Shown here in pieces: positions 47,394-57,871 of a stretch of DNA of 64,000 bases (its first letter is position 1; each line of letters begins with the position of its first letter). The notes under the pieces are model-generated. The model had not been told where the DNA came from and did no database searches. It saw only the letters and a program-made list of their open reading frames with translations. Position numbers and translations under genes: made by a program. Source of the stretch: Pseudomonadota bacterium (GTDB taxonomy: Bacteria > Desulfobacterota > Desulfovibrionia > Desulfovibrionales > Desulfovibrionaceae); assembly GCA_043824835.1 (NCBI GenBank), contig JBDRSO010000100.1, positions 3,311 to 67,310 on the forward strand. The letters run 5' to 3'.

Positions 47394-47867
47394 ATGAAAT
47401 CCAAATCCCCCCTCGACACCCTGGGCACGGCGCTGGCCACCCTTGGCCCCATCGGGCATTTTCCAAAGGCTCCGGGCACATGGGGTTCACTGGCTGCGGT
47501 GGTCGCCGCGCCCTGGCTCTTCCTGCCCCTGCCGCTGTGGGGACGGCTGGCCGCATTGGCCGTGATCTTCGCGATCGGCATCTGGGCCTGCGATGTGGCC
47601 GAACGGACCATGAACCGCAAAGACCCGGGCTGCGTGATCATCGACGAGTTGTTCGGCCAATGGCTGACCCTGCTCTTCTTGACGGCCATGCCCATCTGGT
47701 ATCTGGGGCTGGCCTTTGTCCTCTTCCGGGTTTTCGACATCCTCAAGCCCTGGCCAGTGAAGTGGGCCGAGACAGCCTTTCCTGGCGGGCTCGGGGTCAT
47801 GGCCGACGACGGCGTGGCCGGGCTTTACGCCCTGCTCTGCCTGCACTTGATCGCCTGGTTTTTTTGA
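47394..47867 (+). CDS. pgpA: Phosphatidylglycerophosphatase A
   Basis: GPIGHFPKAPGTWGS ... VIIDE ... RVFDILKPWP ... GVMADD motifs. Confidence 0.9.
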   Translation: MKSKSPLDTLGTALATLGPIGHFPKAPGTWGSLAAVVAAPWLFLPLPLWGRLAALAVIFAIGIWACDVAERTMNRKDPGCVIIDELFGQWLTLLFLTAMPIWYLGLAFVLFRVFDILKPWPVKWAETAFPGGLGVMADDGVAGLYALLCLHLIAWFF

Positions 47868-47924
47868 GGTTCTTCACCGCACACCCTTCCACACCAGCGC
47901 TTCAAGCACTTCCCTCGCAAGCCC

Positions 47925-47957
47925 AAATAAAAAGGCCGCCCCCTCGCGGGGACGGCC
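47925..47957 (-). terminator. pal terminator
   Basis: ggccgccccc/tcgc/ggggacggcc (9 bp, one mismatch). On the minus strand it is followed by TTTTTATTT. Confidence 0.7.
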
Positions 47958-47979
47958 AGTGATTCCATGCATGCGGCTT

Positions 47980-48537
47980 TTACCGGACAACAAACTCGGC
48001 CCGGCGGTTCTTGGCCCAGGCGGTTTCGTTGTGGCTGGAGTCAAGGGGACGCTCCTCGCCGAAGCTGACGATGCTCATGCGGCTAGGGTCAACGCCGAGG
48101 ATGACCAGATGCTCGTAGGCGGCGCGAGCCCGTCTCTCACCCAGGGCGAGGTTGTATTCCTCGGTGCCGCGCTCGTCGCAATGCCCCTCGATGACGACCC
48201 GTACATCGGTGAACCGACGCATGATGTTGGCCTTGAGGGCCAGGACGGAACGGGCCTCCGTATTCAACTCGTAGGAATCAAAGGCAAAGCGGATGGTGAC
48301 GCTGGTCAACTCTTCCACTGCCTCTGCCTTGGCGCGGCGCTCGGCCTCGGAGGCCAGCGTGGCTTCGTCCACGGAAGTTTGCCCGGACGTGGACGGCTGC
48401 GTCCACTTGCTTTCGTCCGTCACCTCGACCTGAGTACCCGGGGGGGTGCTGGTCGACGTTTTCTTGGAACATCCGGCCCCGACGCCGAGCGCGAGGACCA
48501 GAAGAATCATTGCCATGAGATACCATTTCGAGTTCAT
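47980..48537 (-). CDS. pal: Peptidoglycan-associated lipoprotein Pal
   Basis: Lipobox GAGC-S. OmpA-like domain ([22 protein letters not shown]...NRRAEFVV). Trimmed to MNSKWYLM. Confidence 0.92.
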   Translation of the reverse strand: MNSKWYLMAMILLVLALGVGAGCSKKTSTSTPPGTQVEVTDESKWTQPSTSGQTSVDEATLASEAERRAKAEAVEELTSVTIRFAFDSYELNTEARSVLALKANIMRRFTDVRVVIEGHCDERGTEEYNLALGERRARAAYEHLVILGVDPSRMSIVSFGEERPLDSSHNETAWAKNRRAEFVVR

Positions 48538-48659
48538 GCCCACTCCTTGAGGTAGGGCCGTTTGTTCGGCCATTGACGTTTGAGCCGCCCGGAGAAAGGG
48601 TTTTCCAAGTTAGGTTGTACCCTTTCACCGTGAAAAATCAACCCTGATTCAGTGACGAT

Positions 48660-49970
48660 TCACCATTGCAACGCCGTATCCCACGCAGGGGCGAAGGCCT
48701 GCCCCGACCCAGTGGAGATCATCCGTGGCGTGTCCCCATGCCGCGTGGTCAGGTAGAGCTTGAACTCTCCGGTGCGGCTTGAGGCGAAGGCCAGGAAATA
48801 TCCATCCGGGTCGAATGCCGGATATTCATCGTTTCCGGGGCCGAACGTCAACTGTTTCTCACGTCCTGTCGAAAGATCGTGCAGAAAAATCCGATGGCCG
48901 TTTCCGGTACGAGCGGTGTAGGCGATGTAGCGCCCGTCCGGGCTCATGCAGGGGTGGGTGTTGTACGTGCCGGTCATGGTCACCCGGCGGATCTCGCCGG
49001 TCTTCATGTCCATCAGGTAGATATGCGGATTGCCCGCCCGCCCCGAGGTGAAGGCCATCTTGGAACCGGTGCGGTCAAAGCTGGGCGACACCTCGATATA
49101 GGGGCTTTGCGCCAGCTTGCGCTTGGGCCGGTACGACTCGTCAAGCTCGTGGATGTCCGTGGTGCCGGTGAGATTGAGGGCCGCCACCGGCCTGTCGCCA
49201 GGGCCGAACATGGGGCTGATGACCGTCTGCCCGAGCCCCTGCGAATACAGGGTGATCTTCTGGGTTTTGCTGTCGTACACCCCGAGTTCGTGACGGGTCT
49301 TGCCGATGTGGGTGAAGATGATCTTCGACCCGTCGGCCGACCAGGATGGACTGAGGTTGAAGCCACCGAGCTTGGTGATGCGCTTGAGTTCGCGCCCCTG
49401 GGGGAGCACGGTGAAGATCTCCTTGCCCTCTCCCTCCTGCTTGACAAAGACCACCGGCGAGTCAAAGAACCCCTTCTTGCCGGTCAGGGCTTCGAGGAAG
49501 GCGGAGCAGAAGCGGTCGGCGGCCTGGGTCAGGGTGATCTCGCCCACGTCGTTGTATGCCTTGCCCACCACGCGGCGACCGCCAAAGGTCTCGAACACCC
49601 GCGCCTCCACAGAGCGTCCATTCCAGCCCGTGGTCATGCACAGGTCGATGCGGGCCAGCTGCATGGGCCGAAAGTCGATGTCGCCTGCCCCGACACCCCG
49701 GCTCGGGTCGCCGCCGAGCAGCTCCGGCATGGGGATGATCTTCAGGAAAGGGATGTAGCTTAAGTTGGTGGCCACCAGTTCCTCGAAGGCACGGGCCTGG
49801 GCCTGGGGCAGTTCGCTGCCACCCAGCGTTTTGGGCGGCAGGAGGATGATGTTGACCATGCGTTGGCCCGGACCGTGGATATCCACCGTGAGCGGTCCAG
49901 AGGCGAGGGCCGAGGTCGCGACGCACATCGCGATGACAAAAGTGGCGCAAAGCGTCAGAATGCGTTTCAT
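48660..49970 (-). CDS. tolB: Tol-Pal system beta-propeller protein TolB
   Basis: Signal peptide, TolB N-terminal domain and repeated WD40-like PD40 motifs (SPSWSADGSKI, SPDGRYIAY). Confidence 0.92.
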   Translation of the reverse strand: MKRILTLCATFVIAMCVATSALASGPLTVDIHGPGQRMVNIILLPPKTLGGSELPQAQARAFEELVATNLSYIPFLKIIPMPELLGGDPSRGVGAGDIDFRPMQLARIDLCMTTGWNGRSVEARVFETFGGRRVVGKAYNDVGEITLTQAADRFCSAFLEALTGKKGFFDSPVVFVKQEGEGKEIFTVLPQGRELKRITKLGGFNLSPSWSADGSKIIFTHIGKTRHELGVYDSKTQKITLYSQGLGQTVISPMFGPGDRPVAALNLTGTTDIHELDESYRPKRKLAQSPYIEVSPSFDRTGSKMAFTSGRAGNPHIYLMDMKTGEIRRVTMTGTYNTHPCMSPDGRYIAYTARTGNGHRIFLHDLSTGREKQLTFGPGNDEYPAFDPDGYFLAFASSRTGEFKLYLTTRHGDTPRMISTGSGQAFAPAWDTALQW

Positions 49971-49976
49971 TACGGT

Positions 49977-50906
49977 TTACTCTGAAAGTTCCTGGCTGTT
50001 GAAATTCATGCGGAGGACGCGATCCCTGTCGGTCCTTGGCCGCTCCACGATCTCGGTTTCCTTGATGGCTCGCAGGGCCGAGCTGTCGAACTCGGGATTG
50101 TTCGACGACTGCGTGACCCTGGAGGAGAGAATCCTGCCGTCACCATCGATGGTTATCTCCACAGTGACGACCTTGTTCGCCTCGCCCGCGAAGCTCGGGT
50201 AGCGCCAGTTCTTCTTGATGGCCAAGCTCACGATGAGGCCATAGACCTCGGACAGACCCGACCCGCTGCCGCCGACCACGCCCCCGGCCACGCCGCCCTC
50301 CTGACCGCCCTGCTGGCCACCATGGGCATAGACCTGATCGCCCTCACGCTTCTTGATCGCCGCCAGCTCCTTGGCGATGGCCGCGCCCTGCTGCTTTTCC
50401 TGGGCTGTGGTCTTGGCCTGGGCTGCGGCCAGTCCCTCGGCCAGCATCTGCTCCGCCGTCTTTTGCGGCTTGGCTTCAGGTTTGGGCTCTGGTTTTTTCG
50501 GCTCGGGCTTGGGCTCGGGCTTTTTCGGCTCCGGCTTTTTCGGCTCCGGCTTGGGCGCTTCTTCTTTCTTGACGACTGGCTGCCTGTCCACCTTGGTCGG
50601 GCTGATGTCCTTTGGCTCGGGCTTGGCCTCGACCACCGGCACGGGCCGGATCTCGGCCACCGGCTCGGGCGCGGCCTCGACCACGGGCACCGGGGTCTGC
50701 GCGGCCACCGTCTCCTGAGCGCTCACGGCCTCCACCACAGGAGCCGGGCCGCCGGGCGGCGGCGGTGCCAGCGTCACCAGATCGACCGAATAGACCGGCC
50801 GATCCATGTTCACCCGCACCGTCTGGCCGCCCGCCCAGAACAGGGCAAAGGACAGAAACGAGGCGTGGAGAACAAAGGAAATCGTGAACCCGAGACTTTG
50901 CCGCAT
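49977..50906 (-). CDS. tolA: TolA/TonB-family energy transducer
   Basis: N-terminal TM helix, a Pro/Glu/Lys-rich rod and a TonB_C-like C-terminal domain. It sits between tolR and tolB. Confidence 0.8.
   Translation of the reverse strand: MRQSLGFTISFVLHASFLSFALFWAGGQTVRVNMDRPVYSVDLVTLAPPPPGGPAPVVEAVSAQETVAAQTPVPVVEAAPEPVAEIRPVPVVEAKPEPKDISPTKVDRQPVVKKEEAPKPEPKKPEPKKPEPKPEPKKPEPKPEAKPQKTAEQMLAEGLAAAQAKTTAQEKQQGAAIAKELAAIKKREGDQVYAHGGQQGGQEGGVAGGVVGGSGSGLSEVYGLIVSLAIKKNWRYPSFAGEANKVVTVEITIDGDGRILSSRVTQSSNNPEFDSSALRAIKETEIVERPRTDRDRVLRMNFNSQELSE
50471..50560. repeat. Coding tandem repeat (12-15 nt period) in the tolA rod
   Basis: tttttcggctccggc x2 plus related units. It encodes KPEPKKPEPKKPEPKPEPKKPEPKPE. 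Confidence 0.8.
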
Positions 50907-50926
50907 AGGGAAGTGTCATCCGGAGC

Positions 50927-51355
50927 TTATTTTTTCTGATCCTGAGCCTTTCGGGCCGAGGTCTCCTCGGCCACGATGCCCAGCCGGTCGATGCCCGCCG
51001 CCTTGATCTCGCCCATGATCCTGACCACGGTGCCGTAGGGCACGGCCGCGTCAGCACGAAGATAGAGCTGCTTCATCTGCCCTGTGACCAGTCGTGTCAG
51101 ATGGCCTTCCAATTCGTCCTCGGCCACCTGGTACTCGTCGAGAAACAGGCTGCCGTCGCTCTTGACCGAGAGCACGAGGTGTTCGGAATCCTGAGGCAGG
51201 TTCTTGACCGTGCGCGTGGTGGGCAAGTCCACTTCCACCCCCTGGGTCATGAGCGGTGCGGTGACCATGAAGATGATCAACAGCACGAGCATCACGTCCA
51301 CAAATGGGGTGACGTTGATTTCGTTGAGGAAACCGCCGCCCGTCTTGATAGCCAT
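50927..51355 (-). CDS. tolR: TolR/ExbD biopolymer transport protein
   Basis: 142 aa with the pattern INVTPFVDVMLVLLIIFMV. Confidence 0.9.
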   Translation of the reverse strand: MAIKTGGGFLNEINVTPFVDVMLVLLIIFMVTAPLMTQGVEVDLPTTRTVKNLPQDSEHLVLSVKSDGSLFLDEYQVAEDELEGHLTRLVTGQMKQLYLRADAAVPYGTVVRIMGEIKAAGIDRLGIVAEETSARKAQDQKK

Positions 51356-51364
51356 GACGGCCTC

Positions 51365-52066
<702 letters not shown>

Positions 52067-52147
52067 GCTGTCACCCCACGAATACGAATGTTGCGGACCG
52101 TGTCTGTCTGGTCCGAATCGACTGGTTCAAAACTCGCGCCCTGGTCA

Positions 52148-52816
52148 TCAGGCCGCGCCGCCAGCCCCGCGCATGCAGCGCTGCACGATCTCTCGGGCGT
52201 TGGCCTCGGTCTGGCGGTATTCCTCGGCCGTCAGGCCCGCGCCCAGCGCGATGGTCCTGCGCAACTCCTTGGAAACGAGGTCTCTCGGTGAATGCGCGTC
52301 GTTGTTCACCACCAGCTTGGCCCCGAGCCTGCGGGCCAGCGCGGCCACATGGCCGTTGGTGTAACTGTGGCCCCCACGGGTGGTGATCTCCCGGGCCACG
52401 CCCTTCTCGGCGGCCAGCGCCACCTCTTCCTCGGTGATCAGCCCGGGATGCGCCAGGATGTCCACCCCGGCCTCAATGGCCGCCAGATTGGTCCCCGGGG
52501 CCACGGGCTCCACCGGGGTCTCGCCATGCATGACCACTACCTGCGCCCCGGCCTCGCGCGCCTTGATCACCATCTCCCCGATGAGCGGCGGCGGGATGTG
52601 GGTCAGTTCCACCCCGGCCAGGACGATGATGTCATAGAAATACCCGTGGTGCTTCACGAACCGGAGGATATTCTCCAGAGTGAAGTAAAGAGTACTCTCG
52701 TCGGCGTGGTCGGTCATGCACAGGGCCTTGTAGCCGATGACCTCGGCCCTGCGGACAAGTTCCGCCGGGATGAGTTCGCCGTCGCTGAAGACCGTGTGCG
52801 TGTGCAGGTCTATCAT
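52148..52816 (-). CDS. PHP-domain phosphoesterase (histidinol-phosphatase-like)
   Basis: MIDLHTHTVFSDG start motif, followed by ...TDH...HGE...DAH metal-ligand pattern. Confidence 0.8.
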   Translation of the reverse strand: MIDLHTHTVFSDGELIPAELVRRAEVIGYKALCMTDHADESTLYFTLENILRFVKHHGYFYDIIVLAGVELTHIPPPLIGEMVIKAREAGAQVVVMHGETPVEPVAPGTNLAAIEAGVDILAHPGLITEEEVALAAEKGVAREITTRGGHSYTNGHVAALARRLGAKLVVNNDAHSPRDLVSKELRRTIALGAGLTAEEYRQTEANAREIVQRCMRGAGGAA

Positions 52817-52823
52817 GAGGGGC

Positions 52824-53309
52824 CTACATCTTGTATTTTATATCGTCTTCAGAAAATTTCTCTAGCTCTTCCGCCCATTTGTCGGCACTCTCGGTCTTGA
52901 TGACGCGCTCCGCGCCGTGCTGCATGGCGCCGCCGCCCTGATCAAGCACATGCCCGGCCACCTGAATGGGGCACTTGGCACGCACGGCCAGGGCGATGGC
53001 GTCTGAAGGGCGGCTGTCCACCCGCCGGACCTCGTCGCCCTGGATCACGACGATCTCGGCGTAGAATGTGCCCTCGCGGATGTCCGTGACCTCCACGCCC
53101 CCAACGCTCCAGCCAAGGCCGTGAATGGTCCCGAGCAGCAGATCGTGAGTCATGGGCCGGGGAAAGGGAACCGCGTTGATGGCCACGGAAATGGCCATGG
53201 CCTCCATGGCCCCGATCCAGATGGGCAGCACACGCTCGCCCTCCGCCTCCTTGAGCACGAGGATGGGCGCCTTGCTGTTCTCGTCCAGAGCGAGCCCGAA
53301 GATGTCCAT
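52824..53309 (-). CDS. Bifunctional nuclease (BFN/DUF151) family protein
   Basis: PILVLKEAEGERVLPIWIGAMEAMAI...RPMTHDL...DSRPSDAIALA pattern. ATG 53309 lies 2 nt after the miaB stop. The track ORF extension overlaps miaB. Confidence 0.82.
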   Translation of the reverse strand: MDIFGLALDENSKAPILVLKEAEGERVLPIWIGAMEAMAISVAINAVPFPRPMTHDLLLGTIHGLGWSVGGVEVTDIREGTFYAEIVVIQGDEVRRVDSRPSDAIALAVRAKCPIQVAGHVLDQGGGAMQHGAERVIKTESADKWAEELEKFSEDDIKYKM

Positions 53310-53311
53310 CG

Positions 53312-54700
53312 TTACCACGGCGTTCCCGTTCCTTCGCCCATGAGCGTGTATTTCTTGGCCTCGGTAATCCTGACCGGCACCATCATGCCCACCAATTCGC
53401 CCGCGTCTCCATTGCCCATGCACCCATTTCCCATGCGCACATTGACAACGCGTCCGGCCGGATCGCGCCCCTTCCACGAAGGAACGTCCCTGCCCTGGAT
53501 GCGGCTCAGGCCCTCGACAAACACATCGGTTTTCGTGCCCACGAGCATTTTTAGACATTTTCTAGTAATACTATTTTGCAGAGTCTGCAAGCGCATCAAG
53601 CGTTCCGCAGCCACTTCGGGGTCAACTTTCGGTTCCATGTTCACGGCGGCCACGCCGGGGCGGTCGGAATACTTGAAGGAAAAACTCGAATCATAGCCCA
53701 CGGTCTGGATTGCGTCGAGGGTGGCCTGAAAGTCAGCCTCGGTCTCGCCGGGGAAGCCCACAATGAGGTCCGTGGTCAGGACGATGTCCGGCCGCGCCTG
53801 CTTCAGGGCCTCGACGATACCCATGTAGTGGTCCAGGGTGTAGCGGCGGCGCATGGCCTTGAGCATCGCGTCGGAGCCCGATTGCAGGGGCAGGTGCAGC
53901 GACGGGCACAGGGTCTCGAACTCGCCGAAGGCCGCGATGACCTCCGGGGCGATGTCCTTGGGATGCGAGGTGGTGAAGCGCAGCCGGTCAAGCCCCTTGA
54001 TGGCGGCCACTTGGCGCAGCAGCTGGGCAAAGGTGACGCCAGCCCCGCCCTTGTCCATGCCGAAGCTGTTGACGTTCTGCCCGAGCAGGGTAATCTCGCG
54101 CACCCCGGAGGCCACCAGCGCCCGACACTCGTCCACCACAGCGTCCGGGTGGCGCGACTTCTGCCGCCCCCGGGTGTAGGGCACGATGCAATAGGCGCAA
54201 AAGTTGTCGCACCCCTGCATGATGGTGACGAACGCCTGCCGGCCAGCCCCAGCCGAAGACCCAGCCGCAGACCCCGCCGACTGCTCCAGTGCGACCTCAC
54301 GCTCCTCGTAGGCGGGCATGAAGTCGAGCAGGGCCGCCCGCTCGTCGCTCCCGGCCACGATGCGCTCCAAGGCGTTGGGCGCGCCCGCGATGCCGTCCGA
54401 GCCGAAGACAAGCCGCACAAAGGGAAAGCGCTCGAAGAATCCCCAGCCGATCTGCTGGGCCACGCAGCCGCCCACGGCGACAAAGACCCGTGGATCGCGC
54501 CTCACATGGGCCGCGATACGGCCAATTTCGCTGTACACCTTCTGCTCCGGCTTCTCGCGGACGCTGCATGTATTGAAGATATAGACCAGCGCCTCGTCCT
54601 GGCTCGCCTCCTGCCAGCCCCGGCTCTCCAGGGCGCGGGTAAGCCATTGCGAATCGTGGACGTTCATCTGGCACCCGAAGGTGGTGATGTGGAATTTCAT
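53312..54700 (-). CDS. miaB: tRNA-2-methylthio-N6-dimethylallyladenosine synthase MiaB
   Basis: UPF0004 N-terminus (TFGCQMN), radical-SAM CDNFCAYCIVPYTRG and a TRAM C-terminus. Confidence 0.92.
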   Translation of the reverse strand: MKFHITTFGCQMNVHDSQWLTRALESRGWQEASQDEALVYIFNTCSVREKPEQKVYSEIGRIAAHVRRDPRVFVAVGGCVAQQIGWGFFERFPFVRLVFGSDGIAGAPNALERIVAGSDERAALLDFMPAYEEREVALEQSAGSAAGSSAGAGRQAFVTIMQGCDNFCAYCIVPYTRGRQKSRHPDAVVDECRALVASGVREITLLGQNVNSFGMDKGGAGVTFAQLLRQVAAIKGLDRLRFTTSHPKDIAPEVIAAFGEFETLCPSLHLPLQSGSDAMLKAMRRRYTLDHYMGIVEALKQARPDIVLTTDLIVGFPGETEADFQATLDAIQTVGYDSSFSFKYSDRPGVAAVNMEPKVDPEVAAERLMRLQTLQNSITRKCLKMLVGTKTDVFVEGLSRIQGRDVPSWKGRDPAGRVVNVRMGNGCMGNGDAGELVGMMVPVRITEAKKYTLMGEGTGTPW

Positions 54701-54771
54701 GAAACCATGTCCTGCCCGGGACCGCCGGGCAATTGCGGGTTGATCGGAAAAGCGTCGCGGTGAACTGAGCC

Positions 54772-55356
54772 TTAAACACTGGCGAGCCAGGTGTCCAGAA
54801 AGTGCAGAACCTTGCCCAGGGTTTGCTCGCGGGTCAGGCGGGTGTTGTCGATGATGAACTCAGCGCCCGGGTCTTCCTCAAAGGGCACGTCCACGCCGAT
54901 GACCTCGCCGAGCCCCTGGCACGGCTCGCCGGTCTGCCTTCGCCGCAGCGCCCTGCGGTAGAGATCGGCGGCCACGAGCCCCTCGGGGCGTCCTGCTTCG
55001 CGCCGCATGGCTTCGTCCAGGTCGCAGCGCACAAAGACCTCGGCAAAACGGGGGATGCGGCTCCTGGCCCTGGCGCGCATGGACACCGTGTGGGCCGAGC
55101 CGTCCATGAGCACATTGTGCCCCTGCCCGACCAACTCCACGGCCTCGTCCGCGAACATGGCGTAGGCCGCCTCGCGTTCCTGGGCCGTATACTTCGGCTC
55201 GGGAAAATAGGCCTTGCGCCGTGTATCCATCTGGAGCAGGACCGTGTCCACCCCGCGCCCGCGCAGATGATCGGCCACGCCCCGGGCCAGCGCGCTCTTG
55301 CCGCTGCCGGGCAGGCCCACGAACCAGACCGCGAATCCCTGCGCGTCCGGTTTCAC
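54772..55356 (-). CDS. P-loop kinase (APS-kinase / AAA_33-like)
   Basis: Walker A FVGLPGSGKSALA. About 190 aa. The GTG start overlaps the TGA stop of the upstream gene (GTGA at 55353-55356). Confidence 0.75.
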   Translation of the reverse strand: MKPDAQGFAVWFVGLPGSGKSALARGVADHLRGRGVDTVLLQMDTRRKAYFPEPKYTAQEREAAYAMFADEAVELVGQGHNVLMDGSAHTVSMRARARSRIPRFAEVFVRCDLDEAMRREAGRPEGLVAADLYRRALRRRQTGEPCQGLGEVIGVDVPFEEDPGAEFIIDNTRLTREQTLGKVLHFLDTWLASV

Positions 55357-56444
55357 GCCTTCTGCTCCATGTACTGGTTGATGTTTTCCCAGTCGAACAC
55401 GTCGTCCTCAAGCACGTTGACCATGAGGTTGAAGAGTCCCTGGCGCACGCTGGCCGGGTGGTCAGGATACCATTCGGGCGAGGCGATGACCAGGGCGCGG
55501 AAGACGAAGAACGGGGCCAGGACCTCCAGCACCTCGCCGTCACCAGTCTGCTCCAGGTATTCGGCGAAATAGGCGCGGTAAAGGCGCTCGAATGGCCCGG
55601 CCAGCCGGTCGTGGCCGTACAGGCTCCACAGCAGGTAGTTGACGGCCATGGTGGCCAGGTCGCCGCCCGGCTCGCCCCACTCGCCCCGGCTGCGGTCAAG
55701 GACCGAGAACTCGCCCTGGTCCGTGACCAGCACGTTCCAGGGGTGGAAGTCGCCATGCACCGCGCTGAGGCGATGGGCATAGCCCTGGAGCTTCCACCGC
55801 CAGTCCACCAGCCGCTTCTCCAGAGCCATGAACCGGGCATCGTCAAAGGCCAGATAGGGGTGCGGATACGCCTCGTCGATCATGCCCAGGATGCACTCGC
55901 TCGACCCGATCAGATTGCGGATGCGGCGATGATACAGCGGCACGTCGTCGAGCTTGCGCGAATGCACCCGGGCCAGCCAGCGGGCATACTCACGGGCCAG
56001 CGCAAGGTCCGAGTCGCGAAAATCGCCGGAGCGGATGCGCTCCAGGTCGAGGAAGTAGTCGTACCCCTCCAGTTTCTCGTTGACGATGAAGAACTCCCTG
56101 GGCCGGTCCACCGGAATCAGGGCGTTTTCGCCGTCCACATAGCCGAGCCCGAGCGGCCGGACATGCCTCTCCATGCGCGCCGAGGTCTCGTGCTGGAACA
56201 TGAGGATGGCAGCGCGGTCCCAGTAGAACTGGTGGCCGTACTTGTCGCCCTTCATGATGGAGATGACGGCCTCGCGGATCTCGCCGCCCACGGAAAATCG
56301 GATCAACAGGGGCTTGCCATAACCGAATCCCTTCATGCCCTGGGCATCCAGGCTACCGATGTCGCCTGCGGCCAGCAGCCGGGCGTCGTCGCCGTACACC
56401 CGCCTGAGATAGGCTTCGATGTTGGCCGTTTCCAGTCGGATCAT
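55353..56444 (-). CDS. APH/choline-kinase-fold phosphotransferase of unknown substrate
   Basis: Brenner motif HGDFHPWNVLV and DRSRGEWGEPGGDL. Confidence 0.8.
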   Translation of the reverse strand: MIRLETANIEAYLRRVYGDDARLLAAGDIGSLDAQGMKGFGYGKPLLIRFSVGGEIREAVISIMKGDKYGHQFYWDRAAILMFQHETSARMERHVRPLGLGYVDGENALIPVDRPREFFIVNEKLEGYDYFLDLERIRSGDFRDSDLALAREYARWLARVHSRKLDDVPLYHRRIRNLIGSSECILGMIDEAYPHPYLAFDDARFMALEKRLVDWRWKLQGYAHRLSAVHGDFHPWNVLVTDQGEFSVLDRSRGEWGEPGGDLATMAVNYLLWSLYGHDRLAGPFERLYRAYFAEYLEQTGDGEVLEVLAPFFVFRALVIASPEWYPDHPASVRQGLFNLMVNVLEDDVFDWENINQYMEQKA

Positions 56445-56507
56445 GACGCCTCCTTGCCCGGTTATTACCGAATCCTGGGCCGCACACCGGCCGAGGCAAC
56501 GCCGGAC

Positions 56508-57443
56508 CTACTCCAAGGGTCCGAAGCTCGCCTCGTAGCGCGTGGTGAATTCCTCGAAGGTGAAGCGGTGCTCCTGGGTACCCTTGTGCTCCACGGCGTA
56601 GGCCGCGCACACCGAGCCGAGCCGGGCCGCCTCGGCCACGGTCATTTCCATGGCTAGCCCCTTGAGCAGCCCTGAGCGATAGGCGTCACCCGCCCCGGTG
56701 GGATCGACCACGCCGCGCACGGGCACGGCAGACACATGGGTCTCCTCCCCCTTGCAATTGACCACCGATCCCTTCTCGCCCAGAGTGGTGATCAGATAGG
56801 CCACCCGCTCCACCACTTCGGCCTTGCTCATGCCGGTGGCCTTGAGAATCATCTCAAGCTCGTAGTCGTTGGTGATCAGGATTTCCGCGCCGTCAAGCGC
56901 CTCGGCCAGCTGGTCGCCGGTGAAGGCGGGAATCTGCTGGCCGGGGTCGAAGATGAAGGGGATGGAATTGGCCCGGTAGTAGCGGGGGTGGTCCATCATG
57001 TCGCCCAGGTTGCCGGGGGAGATGATGCCCAGAGCGTCGGCCGGGTCGATGGTGGTCATGTCGAACTGGCAGGGGTACTTCATGGCCCCTGGGTTGAAGC
57101 CGGTAATCTGGTTGTCCGCCTGATCGGTGGTGATGTACGCCCCGGCGGTGAACTCCTGCTCCACAGTGCGGATGCCCTCGACACCGATGCCGTGCTCCTG
57201 CAACCAGGTGTCGTAGGCGGCGAAATCCTTGCCCACCTGACTGAGCAGGACCGGCTTCTCGCCCAACAGCGACAGGTTGTAGGCGATATTGCCGCCCGTG
57301 CCGCCGAACTTCTCCTCCAAACCGTCCACCAGGAAGCAGACATTGAGAATGTGGAGCTTGTCGGGCAGGATGTGGTTGGAGAACTTGTCGGGAAAGGTCA
57401 TGATGCGGTCAAAGGCAAGGGAGCCGGAAATGTAGATCTGCAT
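56508..57443 (-). CDS. PfkB/ribokinase-family kinase (adenosine-kinase-like)
   Basis: GGTGGNIA diglycine motif and DPTGAGDAYRSG anion-hole motif. Trimmed to MQIYISGSLAFD. Confidence 0.85.
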   Translation of the reverse strand: MQIYISGSLAFDRIMTFPDKFSNHILPDKLHILNVCFLVDGLEEKFGGTGGNIAYNLSLLGEKPVLLSQVGKDFAAYDTWLQEHGIGVEGIRTVEQEFTAGAYITTDQADNQITGFNPGAMKYPCQFDMTTIDPADALGIISPGNLGDMMDHPRYYRANSIPFIFDPGQQIPAFTGDQLAEALDGAEILITNDYELEMILKATGMSKAEVVERVAYLITTLGEKGSVVNCKGEETHVSAVPVRGVVDPTGAGDAYRSGLLKGLAMEMTVAEAARLGSVCAAYAVEHKGTQEHRFTFEEFTTRYEASFGPLE

Positions 57444-57535
57444 TATTCCTCCTGAATGCGGCTGGCTGAAGACGGCTGGTTCGATGACCGGGACAGTAAG
57501 GCCAGCCATCGCCGCGTGTCAACGACCCCGCGTGG

Positions 57536-57871
57536 TCATCCGCCGCTCCGGCCGCCCGGCCGGGTCTCCCGGCGAATCCATTCGAGAAAGTCAGGGTTGC
57601 CACCCTCGATGGGCAGGGCCGCCACGCAAGGCACATCGTACCCGTGCATGGCCTGCACCGCCTCGGTCAGTTCGGGCACCAGCTCGGTACGGGTCTTGGC
57701 GATGAGCGCCACCTCGTCGCCCCGCTCCACCCTGCCCTCCCACCAGTAGAGGGAGCGCATGGCACCGAGAATGTTGACACAGACGGCCAGCCTGCGCTCC
57801 ACCAGCACGGTGCCGATGTCCTCCGCCTCCTGCGCCGTGGCACAGGTCATGTACACGAACGATTCCGCCAT
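57536..57871 (-). CDS. cutA: Divalent-cation tolerance protein CutA
   Basis: 111 aa with the pattern A..LVE.RLAACVN....S.Y.W.G. Confidence 0.88.
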   Translation of the reverse strand: MAESFVYMTCATAQEAEDIGTVLVERRLAVCVNILGAMRSLYWWEGRVERGDEVALIAKTRTELVPELTEAVQAMHGYDVPCVAALPIEGGNPDFLEWIRRETRPGGRSGG

